DNA from: Candidatus Bathyarchaeota archaeon
Lineage (GTDB): Archaea > Thermoproteota > Bathyarchaeia > Bathyarchaeales > Bathycorpusculaceae
Direction of reading: 5' to 3'
DNA length: 37,045 nucleotides
Assembly: GCA_963775895.1 (NCBI GenBank)
Contig: CAVZKL010000005.1
Coordinates: 1-37,045, forward strand
Both the position numbers and the translations under genes were made by a program. The notes under the pieces are model-generated. The model was not told the DNA's origin, did not search any database, and was given only the letters and a program-made list of their open reading frames with translations. Of the stretch, positions 21,237 to 30,635 are shown piece after piece (position 1 is the stretch's first letter; every line of letters begins with the position of its first letter).

Positions 21237-23045
21237 TTAGGCTTGCTGGGCTTTTTTCCTTTCTTCTTCTTGCAGGACTCTTCTGAGCACCTTGCCCACC
21301 AGCGTCATTGGCAGTTCTGTCCTGAATTCGATTTCTCTGATGGCTTTGTAGGGCGCTAGTTTGCTGTTGACGAATTGCTTGATTTCTTCTGCCGTTGCGG
21401 TTTTTCCCTCTTTGAGCACAACGAAGGCTTTGGGAATCTCGCTTGCCACGGGGTCGGGTTTGCCCACGACTGCGCAGAGTTTCACGGCTGGGTGTTCATA
21501 AATGACATCCTCGATTTCTCTCGGGTAGACGCTGTAACCTTTGTACTTGATCAAGTCTTTCTTGCGGTCCGTTATGTAGAAGTAACCGTCTTCATCCATT
21601 TTTCCGATGTCCCCAGTGTAGAGCCAACCGCCGCGAAGCACGTCCCTTGAATCTTCAGGCATCTTCCAGTAGCCCTTCATCACCTGAGGCCCCTTGACCA
21701 CGAGTTCGCCGGTTTCGCCTGGAGGCAGTTCAGTGTTTCCTGTTTCCATGTCCATTATCTTGGCATCCGTGTCAGGCCAGGGCAGGCCTATGGAGCCGAT
21801 TTTCACGGTTTTTAAAGACTTGTCCAGCGGGTTGCAGTGAGTGACCGGTGAGGATTCTGTGAGTCCATACCCCTCCACGAGCACGCCGCCCGTTGCCTTC
21901 ATCCATTTCTTTTGGATTTCCGGCGGCAACGGTGCCGACCCTGAGATGCAGAAGCGTACTGATTTCAAGTTGTATTTTCCACAATCTGGGCTGTTCAGCA
22001 GGTACGAGTACATGGTAGGTGCTCCGCAGAAAACGGTCGCGTGGTGTTTCTGTATAGCCTCGAAAGTGCTTTTTGCATCAAACCCGCGCTTGCTCCCCGG
22101 GAGCGTAATCATTTTTCCAGCCAGATAGATTGGCGCGTTCATTCCCGTGGTCATGCCGTAAATGTGGAAGAGCGGCAGAACCGTCAGGAAGGTTTCCACG
22201 CCCTTTGTTCCCTTCAGCCATTCCGCGCATGCGACCGCGTTTGAGACCAAGTTCATGTGAGTCAGCATCGCACCTTTGGCCAGTCCGGTTGTGCCGCCCG
22301 TGTACTGAAGTGCTACCAGATCTTCTCGTGGGTTGATGCTGACTTCGGGCGGATTGGCCTCGTACTTGTTGAGCAGTTCTTGATAGAAATGGATGTTCGA
22401 TGCGCGTTCAACTTTATGAGAAGGAATCCTGCCAAGGAGAGATCCTAGAAAAGCTATCGTTGAGGGCATGTATTCTTTCAAGCTGGTTACGATTATGTTT
22501 TTCACTTTGGTTTTCGGCAAGACCTTTTCCAGAACTGGATAAAGCGCATCCATCACGACGATGGTTTCGGCTTCGCGAGTCGTTTAGTTGGTGTTCAACT
22601 CTCACGTTCTTTGTAGAGCGGGCTGATAGCGGTCACGATGCGCGCCCATTTTTATTGCGCCGTAGTAAGAGATCACGAATTGAGGAATGTTAGGTAGGAA
22701 GAGCGCGACCTTGTCGCCTTGTTTGACGCCTAAGTCCCACAAGTGCCGTTGCAAACTTGTCCGAGAGACGGTCCAGTTCTCTTGTACGTCATCGTCTTGT
22801 CGAAATAGACTATGGAAACGTGGTCTGGATACTCCTTGGCTGTTCTTCTGAGTAATTCAAAGAGTGGAACTTCGGGGTAGTCAATGTGTCTAGGAACCCC
22901 TTCGGGCCAGAACTTGTACCATGGTTTTTCCTTCGGCGCAGGTGCAGGCTGTATTTTGGCTGGTTCCTCTTTTGCCGGCTCCTTTCCAGGTTTCCTCTGG
23001 GGCGGGAGCAGGCTGCGCTCTAACCTTCCTTTTCCTGACAGACAC
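21237..23045 (-). CDS. fadD: Long-chain acyl-CoA synthetase (AMP-forming), N-terminal part broken by several frameshifts
   Basis: QYTGGTTGLAKG, VEGYGLTE, TGDIG, DRKKD and terminal GK motifs. Upstream frames supply KPWYKFWP..VP..IDYP, GVKQGDKVALFLPNIPQF and ISPLYKERE. Confidence 0.85.
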
Positions 23046-23194
23046 GAGCATCCCTTCTGTTCAGTATAGACGATCGAAGAGGTAATAACATTTTTCCAAA
23101 GAGCATGAATCGTTTTCGGCTCGCGTTCGTAAGACGAGTGACTGAAATTGATTAAAGTAGTGCTTATAAGTGATGTCGTTGACATTGATTTTCA

Positions 23195-23530
23195 ATGACT
23201 CCCGAGAAGAAACTGAAGCCTTCTTTCAAGTTTTGGATAGAGTACGAAGGAAAGCCGGCTTTGGGCGAAGGCGGAGCCGAGATCCTGGAAACAATCGAAA
23301 GTGAGAAGTCCATCTCGAAAGCCGCAGAGAAACTGGGCATGTCTTATCGTTACGTTTGGAACTATCTGGACAGAGTTGAGAAAGTCATAGGCGAACCCGT
23401 TGCGGAGAGGCATCGAGGCGGCAAATCAGGTGGAGGACGCACATCCCTGAATGAGACGGGAAGATATTTGCTGGCTGAGTATAAGCGTCTGAAGCAGAAG
23501 ATTTCGACCAGTAGCAACGAAGAAGAGTAG
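23195..23530 (+). CDS. ModE-type winged-helix regulator (DNA-binding domain only)
   Basis: GEGGAEILETIESEKSISKAAEKLGMSYRYVW...RGGKSGGGRTSL; no molybdate-binding MOP domain. Confidence 0.85.
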   Translation: MTPEKKLKPSFKFWIEYEGKPALGEGGAEILETIESEKSISKAAEKLGMSYRYVWNYLDRVEKVIGEPVAERHRGGKSGGGRTSLNETGRYLLAEYKRLKQKISTSSNEEE

Positions 23531-23695
23531 TCTGCTAGCAGCTAGATTGAGCATTGCAGAATGTTGATGAGCCGCAACAACATCCTTGATCTTTTATGGT
23601 GCGGACACTGGAAAATCCTTTTACAGAGAAGCGTGATGGATACGTAGAGGAAGACGCCCACTCGCTCTGTAGCAAACAAGAAACAAAGATCTTTC

Positions 23696-24526
23696 ATGGA
23701 TGGTCAGTGCTTGAAAATCGAAGAAACATGGATCCAGTGCGGAGACGTGAAACTTTACGGTGAAGTGTACGTCCCGAAGACCATCCCTGCGCCTGCAATT
23801 CTGATATGCCACGGTATGAATGCAAGGGGGTTCCACCTTCTCAAGATTTACAATCAACTCGCAAGAACCGCGTGCGAGAACGGTTATGTCGCCCTTCTGT
23901 TCGATTTTCGCGGGGTCGGCAGAAGCATGGGGAAGTACGATTATGGTTTTGGAGAGCAAGAAGATGTGAAGTGCACCTTAAACTATCTTGAAGGGCGCCC
24001 AGACGTTATGCGGAACAAGGTTTTTGTCGTGGGACATAGTCTGGGCGGTGCCGTTTCGCTTTACGCCCTGCAGGGCGAGAAAAGGGTTAAGGGGCTTGTC
24101 CTGTGGTCTGTTCCGAAGAACCATGACTACAACGTTAGAAAGTTCATAAGAAACAAGGAGGGCAAGTTTCGTCTGCAGCTATTCCTTGCGTTGTCAAGAG
24201 TTGACAGCGTACTGAGAGTCGGAAAGTTGTTCGACATGGAGGTTTACGGCATAATGTTGCGACCGAAGCATGTTCGGGAGAAGCTTATGAAGCTGAATGA
24301 GTGCGAGGCTGCTTCAAGGTTGAAGGGGATTCCCTTGCTCATCGTGAACGGTCGGAGCGATGAGATCGTGGGCGTTGATGAGGCAGAGGCGGTCTATGGA
24401 TCAGCAAACGAACCCAAGAGCCTGATTATAATCGAGTCGGCGGATCACACTTTCACCAGGAAAGAGGACGAACTGGTTCAGAAAACGATGGAGTGGATAG
24501 AACATCTTAACGCGGACAAGACGTAA
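23696..24526 (+). CDS. Alpha/beta hydrolase (serine aminopeptidase S33-like)
   Basis: CHG oxyanion region, FDFRGVGRS, GHSLG nucleophile, G.SDEIV and ADHTF completing the triad. Confidence 0.88.
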   Translation: MDGQCLKIEETWIQCGDVKLYGEVYVPKTIPAPAILICHGMNARGFHLLKIYNQLARTACENGYVALLFDFRGVGRSMGKYDYGFGEQEDVKCTLNYLEGRPDVMRNKVFVVGHSLGGAVSLYALQGEKRVKGLVLWSVPKNHDYNVRKFIRNKEGKFRLQLFLALSRVDSVLRVGKLFDMEVYGIMLRPKHVREKLMKLNECEAASRLKGIPLLIVNGRSDEIVGVDEAEAVYGSANEPKSLIIIESADHTFTRKEDELVQKTMEWIEHLNADKT

Positions 24527-24563
24527 GAAGCCTTTTAAAACGAAAAAAGACAGTGCTACTGCG

Positions 24564-25115
24564 GTGTTCCCCGTGTTTGACGAGTCGGAAATAGAAACAT
24601 TGCAGAAGTTACAGGATCCAGGTTTGTTGTTGGTTGGCGCAAAGAAGAATGGCAAGAGTAACGTGATGGCATTCGGATGGGGGTTCATCGGGGTCATGTG
24701 GGGTTTGAAGGTCTTCATCGTTCTGGTGCGTCCTTCGAGGTTCACTCACGAGTTCATCGAAGATGGCGACGAGTTCACCGTCAACGTGCCCACGCGAAGA
24801 ATGGATAAGAAGGTTGCCCACTGCGGCGAGGTCAGTGGCAGAGAGCATGACAAATTCAAGGAATGTAAGCTCACCTTGATGAAAGGCAAGAAGGTCAAGG
24901 CACCTGTAATCAAGGAGTGCAAGATTCATTATGAGTGCAGAGTTGTTCACAAGCTTAAAGTAAATCCAGAACTGGTGCCTGACAAGGTGAAGAAGAAATT
25001 CTACAGGAAGGATGATTTTCACACGGTGTATTTTGGCGAGATTCTGGCTTCTTACAAGAAATGCTCGTTGGAGAGGTCAGTAAAACTGGAAGGTTCACGT
25101 CGCAGAGCAATTTAA
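24564..25115 (+). CDS. Flavin reductase-like FMN-binding protein (flavoredoxin family)
   Basis: NVMAFGW, VRPSRFT, CGEVSGREHDKF, YECRV and HTVYFGEI. Confidence 0.85.
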   Translation: MFPVFDESEIETLQKLQDPGLLLVGAKKNGKSNVMAFGWGFIGVMWGLKVFIVLVRPSRFTHEFIEDGDEFTVNVPTRRMDKKVAHCGEVSGREHDKFKECKLTLMKGKKVKAPVIKECKIHYECRVVHKLKVNPELVPDKVKKKFYRKDDFHTVYFGEILASYKKCSLERSVKLEGSRRRAI

Positions 25116-25139
25116 CCCATGTCGAACGTTCCAACGATT

Positions 25140-26618
25140 TCAGGACGCTTTCTCGGAATTTTCGGTGTTAGCCTGTGGTTGCTTCCTGCGTCTTGTTCTT
25201 CTGTAAAGATGCTTCACGTGCCGCAGAACGTTTGCCAGGAATCTTTGCTCCTGTCTCTCTGCTCTTTTCATGACCGATTCAGAGGAAAGTAAGACTGACT
25301 TGAGTTCTGTGATCTCTTTCTTTGGCGAATACTTGATGTACATCGGTATTCCTGCCACAAGTAAAACGAGTCCCAAGCCAATCTGCAGCAGAGTGCACTG
25401 AGTAATCAGGTAAACAGAGAAGATTATCCCTAAGATCGGAAGGATCATTCCTCCTCTCAGAGTGAACTGGGCTTTCAGCCCCCTTCGCTTAAGGACGTAA
25501 GTCGATGCACAGGTGGCCACGTAGGCGATTGCGAGGAAAAACACGGAAGTAGCTATGAGCGTGTCCAGGTTGCCGACAACTGAGGCTATCAATGCGGTGA
25601 TCGCTTGAACCAGTATTCCAAGGTAGGGCGTCTTGTATTTTGGATGTATCTTGGCGAAAATCCGTGGAAAAAGACCATCAGCCGCCAAGGCGTATCCTAA
25701 TCGTGAGGTCCCGATCATTCCTGATTCATCAGAGCCTGCCACAGAGATCAAAGCTCCAACTCCGACAATCAGTCCGCCTACGAATGCAAGCGTTGGAATT
25801 GAATTCAAAGCACCGGTTGTGGCCTTGACGAGAGGAGTTGTGTCGTTTAACAGTAGCTTGTAATTTCGCACTCCGAAAAGCACGAAGTTTGTTAGCAGGT
25901 AGAAGAAGGTCACGATTGACATTCCGAGCACTATTGCTTTCGGAATCGTCCGGCCTGGATCTTTAATCTCTTCAGCAGGAATCGTTGAGAGTTCAAAACC
26001 CGCGTAGGCCCAGAAAATCAGCACTAACGCCAGACCAAAATTGCTAAAACCAAACGGGGAAAAAGGTGAAAAATTGCCTGCGGCAACCGTGGCGTTTGTG
26101 AACAAATAGCTCAAACCGATGACCGCAAAGAAAATCAGGGGAGCCATCTTCACGATGGTGAGCACGTCATTCGTTCTTCCTGCAGCTCTCACTCCGATCA
26201 CGTTAGTTGTTATGAGGAAAGCGACGAACAACACCTTGACCACGATCTGCAGAATCCAGTTGAGGCCCATGAAGACCATGAGATATTGAGTGAAAGCCAC
26301 TGGGAAGACTGCAAGCGACATCCATTCAGCCAACCAGAGTGCCCAGCCAACGATGAAACCCGCAAACGATCCCCAGGCTGCGTGAGCGTACGCGTATGGG
26401 CCACCCACTTTTGGAAGAAGCGAAGCACACTGAGCAAAACACAGTGCGAGGACTATTGCCATGAATCCTGCCACGACCCATACCACGAGTGAAAATGGCC
26501 CGAGGAGACCAGCTCCGAATGATGAGGCAACGTAAATGTCCGCGCCTATTATGGCACCCACTACCAAGTTTGTGACATCGAAAAGCGTGAGCTGTGATTT
26601 GAGCTTGGTCTCGGACAT
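25140..26618 (-). CDS. APC family amino acid permease
   Basis: GAIIGADIY in TM1, PKVGGPYAY, FWAYAGFE in TM6, DGLFP..FAKIHPKYKTP; about 12 TM segments. Confidence 0.9.
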   Translation of the reverse strand: MSETKLKSQLTLFDVTNLVVGAIIGADIYVASSFGAGLLGPFSLVVWVVAGFMAIVLALCFAQCASLLPKVGGPYAYAHAAWGSFAGFIVGWALWLAEWMSLAVFPVAFTQYLMVFMGLNWILQIVVKVLFVAFLITTNVIGVRAAGRTNDVLTIVKMAPLIFFAVIGLSYLFTNATVAAGNFSPFSPFGFSNFGLALVLIFWAYAGFELSTIPAEEIKDPGRTIPKAIVLGMSIVTFFYLLTNFVLFGVRNYKLLLNDTTPLVKATTGALNSIPTLAFVGGLIVGVGALISVAGSDESGMIGTSRLGYALAADGLFPRIFAKIHPKYKTPYLGILVQAITALIASVVGNLDTLIATSVFFLAIAYVATCASTYVLKRRGLKAQFTLRGGMILPILGIIFSVYLITQCTLLQIGLGLVLLVAGIPMYIKYSPKKEITELKSVLLSSESVMKRAERQEQRFLANVLRHVKHLYRRTRRRKQPQANTENSEKAS

Positions 26619-26933
26619 TAGAACGACTCATTAGTAGGCTTCGCATAAAAAATATTCCATTCAGTCAGCGGAAACCCGCGCGCGCTCGACATTCCTCATT
26701 ATATACGTATAATGGGCTATTTGCGTAAGTACCGCGAACGAAGTGACACAGTGATGCAGATTGAATTGGCCATGCATGGATACGAATATGATCCGCGCCA
26801 GCAATCATTGTTCTCTTCAATGTGTACAATAGTTGAACACAGTTACCAGAACACTTATCTGTACGCGTCAGGTTTCAAATGAACTACATATGTTATAGTA
26901 GGTCATAATATAACATATATCGCTGGGACAGGG

Positions 26934-27602
26934 TTGGTGAGGTTGATAATGCCAAGAGCTTTTGTTGTCATCGCATCTGTCCTTCTCATAGCAAGTCTGC
27001 TGTTTTTGCCGACCAGTAGTAGCACGCGCGCTGAGTCGACTTTTACAAAAATTGGCGCTTGGAGCGATGGTTCCACAGAGACAGTCAACCTCGACAGTCG
27101 AGGACAGATTTCTTTGAACGGAAAGAAAACTGTTGCCTTCGGTCTGAACATAGTCACTATTAGAGCGACAGATGCAGATGTTACTTCGAATAAAGTATTA
27201 GACACTTTGGAAGAAGGTGGGATCAGATTTATGGCCTTAGACATTTCAAGTTGGTTGTCTGTAAACGAAGGGCTTGCTTGGGTAAATTTTTGGATGTCAA
27301 AGCTTTACGAACATAAGATGTGGGTCGCTCTTTACATTCAGCAAAGCCCTAATGACCCACCAATCCTAAATGTGATGTCAGCGTTTGCCAGAATATCCAG
27401 TATAATTGACGGAATCAATAATCAGACTTGGGCAAACATAATTTTCGCAATTGGATATAATTGGGAGCTAGACCTAAGTAGTTGGAATCTTACCGATGCA
27501 CAGGTTGAAACGTTTTTGTCCAGTCTTTATCCTCTCGTGAGAGAAAAAGTTGATTCAAGTATAATTGGAGCAGACGAGAAAACACGTGCTAAAGAACAAT
27601 AA
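26934..27602 (+). CDS. Hypothetical secreted protein, possibly the N-terminal part of a glycoside hydrolase-like barrel
   Basis: Signal peptide-like N-terminus; GQISLNGKKTVAFGLN, alternating beta/alpha pattern and IFAIGYNWELD. Lies in an AT-richer patch. Confidence 0.55.
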   Translation: MVRLIMPRAFVVIASVLLIASLLFLPTSSSTRAESTFTKIGAWSDGSTETVNLDSRGQISLNGKKTVAFGLNIVTIRATDADVTSNKVLDTLEEGGIRFMALDISSWLSVNEGLAWVNFWMSKLYEHKMWVALYIQQSPNDPPILNVMSAFARISSIIDGINNQTWANIIFAIGYNWELDLSSWNLTDAQVETFLSSLYPLVREKVDSSIIGADEKTRAKEQ

Positions 27603-27902
27603 AACCTTACCTTCCCCTATCTATCCCTCTCCTTTCTCGAACTGTGCAAGACAGAATAATCAATCGCCTGCTAAATAAGCCTAACTGAAACATTTCTTTA
27701 TACAGCATAACGCTTTTTTCTCTGTTATACTATCTAATTTTATCAAACAATTCACGGAACAAGTGAGTTGGACCTCCCAAAAGTTTAAATTAAAAGAATC
27801 CGTTCATGTTGTTGCGGCTGTTCGTTTCACCTGATACATTCTGTACTGAGGATTTTCAGGCATTCCTGTAAGTGAGGCGTAGCAGAAATTCATATTGCAG
27901 AT

Positions 27903-27995
27903 TCATAAGCGACTTAACCGCGCGCGTGCAACCGCGTGCGCCATCTTCTCCGTGTTACCCGTTCCAGAATCGTAAACAACCAAGACTCTTGCCAT
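27903..27995 (-). pseudogene. Flavodoxin/WrbA-like 5' fragment
   Basis: MARVLVVYDSGTGNTEKMAHAVARARLSRL*: a clear FMN-phosphate loop, then a stop after 30 aa. Confidence 0.75.
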
Positions 27996-28171
27996 TTCCA
28001 GTCACACTCGATCGTTAATTCGCAACCCTCAGTATCACACGTCGCACGTTTTTATGGTTTTCCAACGCGCGAACAAGGTAGAATCCCCGTGCTCTCAGGC
28101 CAAACTTTTTGAAGGAAAGCATACGGTTTTCTAGCCGACATGACTCTTGTTATGATAAGAGGGTGAGCAGC

Positions 28172-28489
28172 ATGTTCTCGTCTCGAAAAAAGTTGAAAGT
28201 GGATTTGAGCGAATTGGATGATCAAAAGGAACAGCTATCCAGTTACTTACGGCAGACCTTCAACCTAGAGGTCGCTTCCGATGGCCACAACCTGTCGATA
28301 GATTCGGAGCTGCCAGCACAAGAGCTACAGAGACAAGTGAACAAATTCATCTACCATCAACATCTGAACAACAAATATTGGGTTGCACTCGAACATGGAG
28401 CTGTCAGAATCCACAGGTTCAAGGAAAAGAAGATTGAAAAACAGAAAAAGCGAACCACTCCACCCACAACAATCAAACACGGCTGGTAA
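28172..28489 (+). CDS. Small basic protein, probably a divergent ribosomal protein eL22-like
   Basis: Start re-called at ATG28172 after GGGTGA; 105 aa. LKVDLSEL...LSSYLRQ...ELQRQVNKFIYHQHL..YWV follows the eL22 pattern as I recall it; Lys-rich tail. Confidence 0.5.
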   Translation: MFSSRKKLKVDLSELDDQKEQLSSYLRQTFNLEVASDGHNLSIDSELPAQELQRQVNKFIYHQHLNNKYWVALEHGAVRIHRFKEKKIEKQKKRTTPPTTIKHGW

Positions 28490-28507
28490 CGTGCGCTATA
28501 GCGCGCG
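28490..28507. terminator. GC-rich hairpin immediately after the eL22-like stop
   Basis: CGTGCGC-TATA-GCGCGCG, a 7-bp stem with one G-U pair. Confidence 0.4.
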
Positions 28508-28593
28508 CTCTAAACTCAATCCAGAAACTCCTCCCGCCTTTCTCTAGAAGCGAATAGAACATTGTTCCACAAGCTATAAGTGGTCAAAGCGCT

Positions 28594-28691
28594 GCAAACG
28601 TCAATGAGGGAGAATGGTAGTTTCATTCTCGAGGGGAGAAAGGAGAGAAGGGAGTAAAAACTAAACCTACCATTTCCCTCATTCACTTCGC
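28594..28691 (-). ncRNA. Putative unannotated long-hairpin RNA with CU-rich loop
   Basis: Imperfect ~30-bp inverted repeat. BRE/TATA (GCGAAAAATTTAAAAG, 28711-28726 on -) lies ~20-25 nt upstream of the 5' arm. Confidence 0.5.
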
Positions 28692-28885
28692 ATAATTCCA
28701 TCACATCTTGCTTTTAAATTTTTCGCCCAATTTCTGATTCTTTTCTTAAAAAAGCTGCGGAAAAATGTGCTTTTAGCCCAAGAGTCCCCCTACTTCTTGC
28801 TCGAATTCAACCTTGGCACCGAAACCCGTTTCCCAGCTCGATCTGTCGTTTTCAGCTTTTCTTCAATTCCGCGCGCACAGCACTT

Positions 28886-29446
28886 TTAACCAAGTTCTTT
28901 CATTATTTTGTCAACATTCATTATTTTCGCGTTGTAAACGTCTTTCAGGTATCTCAAGCCTTGCTCCTGATCCTCTTTCGTGAAGGCTTCAACGCCGTCT
29001 TCTGCGATTATGATTTTGTAGCCTCGGAAGAAAGCGTCAGCCGACGTATGTCTTATGCAGATGTTCGTGTGAAGCCCGGTGAGGATGACGGTTTTGACTC
29101 CTTCGCCCTTGTAGAGTGCGCGTAAGAGCATGTCGAGGCCCGTTTCGTAGAAGGAACTGTACGTTCTTTTCTCGACGATGTAGTCTTGCTTGGTTGGTTT
29201 CAGTTCCGGGATTACTTCTGCTCCCTTTGTGCCTCTTATCGCGTGTTTTCCCCATTTTGCGACGACCTCTTCGTCGACTGGCAGATGAGCATCGTTGACG
29301 TAGATGACGGGCACCTTACATTTGCGCGCGGCAGCTACGAGTTTTTTGATGTTGGGGATTATGCGGTTAGCTCTTTCGCACTTCAGGCCGCCAGTCACGA
29401 AGTCGTTCAGCATGTCAATGACCAACACGGCTTTTCGGTCCGACAT
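28886..29446 (-). CDS. Isochorismatase/nicotinamidase family cysteine hydrolase
   Basis: Asp-Lys-Cys triad in VIDMLNDF, VEKRTYSSF and GLHTNICI; metal ligands DAH...H. Alternative start at 29452. Confidence 0.9.
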   Translation of the reverse strand: MSDRKAVLVIDMLNDFVTGGLKCERANRIIPNIKKLVAAARKCKVPVIYVNDAHLPVDEEVVAKWGKHAIRGTKGAEVIPELKPTKQDYIVEKRTYSSFYETGLDMLLRALYKGEGVKTVILTGLHTNICIRHTSADAFFRGYKIIIAEDGVEAFTKEDQEQGLRYLKDVYNAKIMNVDKIMKELG

Positions 29447-29501
29447 GATCACATCTCTGATTGAGACTCAGAATGGAAGGGGAAATATAGTTTACGGTCT
29501 T

Positions 29502-30584
29502 CTATTTCGCGGTTTCAAGGCTGTAGAATCCGTCGGTCAATTTTTCTGACACGCGTTTTCTGACTAGCACGGTGTCTTCTATCCTAAAGCCTCCGTAGCC
29601 TATGAAGTATATGCCCGGTTCGTTTGACACGACGTTCCCAGCAGCTAACCTGTCTTTGCTGATGGGACCCAGCACGGGCGGTTCATGTATCTCCAGCCCC
29701 ACACCGTGGCCCAGACCGTGATTGAAGTTTTCGCCGTAGCCCGCATCTTCTATCACTTTGCGCGCTACGTGGTCAACGTCTCTTCCGTTTGCCTTGGCCT
29801 TTATTGAGTGGTAGGCTTTTTCTTGCGCAACCTTAACGACGTTGTAGAGTTTGTTCTGTTTTTCTGTGGGTTTGCCTGCGACGAAAGTGCGTGTCATGTC
29901 GGAACAGTAGTGTTCTCGTTTGGCGCCTATGTCCACGACGACCAGGTCTCCTTCGTGTATTTGTCGGAGTGCACAGCCGCCGTGCGGGTAGGCCGAGCGA
30001 ATGCCCGAGGCGACTATCGTTTCGAACGCTGTTCCGTAGCCTCCTTTCTTGCGCATTGCATATTCGATTTCGGCTCCGACGTCAATTTCGGTCACACCGG
30101 GTCTGATGGTTTCGTACGCTGCCTTCATGCCCGCAACGGTTATTTCACCGGCTTTTCGCATCAGCTCCTGTTCCTCTTCATCCTTCACCTTGCGCAGCTG
30201 CGACACCAGGACTCCCTGCACTTTCATTCTTGCCTTTCCCCGCAAGGCTTTGGACAGAAGTCTATAAACATCATAACTGAGCGCGTCTACAGCTAGTTTT
30301 TTGATCTTCAAGGCTTTGATCTGTGGCCCGATCTTTTCTGTTATTTTTTCGTTGCGTTTGATCAGTTCGACGTTGAAGTTTTTTGCTTCAGCCTTCGTCT
30401 GTTCGTAGTTGACCCCATACGAGTACAGTTTGTTTTCGCCTTTCTTGGGAATGAGCAGGCACGTTGCACCAGGTGTTCCTGTGAGGTAGTGTAGGTTGAA
30501 TTCGTTGACAATCAAAAAGGCGTCGAAGTGCTTCTTTTCAAAAGCCAATTCTTTTAATGCCTGTATCCTTTTCAATGGTTTCAC
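29502..30584 (-). CDS. pepQ: Xaa-Pro dipeptidase/aminopeptidase (M24B)
   Basis: Creatinase-type N-terminal domain; AYPHG, VDIGA, SDMTRT, HGLGHGVGLEIHE, EPGIY and RIED. Confidence 0.9.
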   Translation of the reverse strand: MKPLKRIQALKELAFEKKHFDAFLIVNEFNLHYLTGTPGATCLLIPKKGENKLYSYGVNYEQTKAEAKNFNVELIKRNEKITEKIGPQIKALKIKKLAVDALSYDVYRLLSKALRGKARMKVQGVLVSQLRKVKDEEEQELMRKAGEITVAGMKAAYETIRPGVTEIDVGAEIEYAMRKKGGYGTAFETIVASGIRSAYPHGGCALRQIHEGDLVVVDIGAKREHYCSDMTRTFVAGKPTEKQNKLYNVVKVAQEKAYHSIKAKANGRDVDHVARKVIEDAGYGENFNHGLGHGVGLEIHEPPVLGPISKDRLAAGNVVSNEPGIYFIGYGGFRIEDTVLVRKRVSEKLTDGFYSLETAK

Positions 30585-30635
30585 CGCTGTGGAAGAATGT
30601 TTTACTGTGTCGTCTGCGCTAAAATGCTTTGCTGT

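Noticed and set aside
27627-28647. 12-nt inverted match CTCTCCTTTCTC / GAGAAAGGAGAG about 1 kb apart, as possible element ends
   Set aside because: It is low-complexity terminator-like sequence with no transposase or target duplication.
28516-28704. 62-aa minus-strand ORF across the hairpin
   Set aside because: Its start lies between the TATA box and the expected TSS, and the product has no recognisable features.
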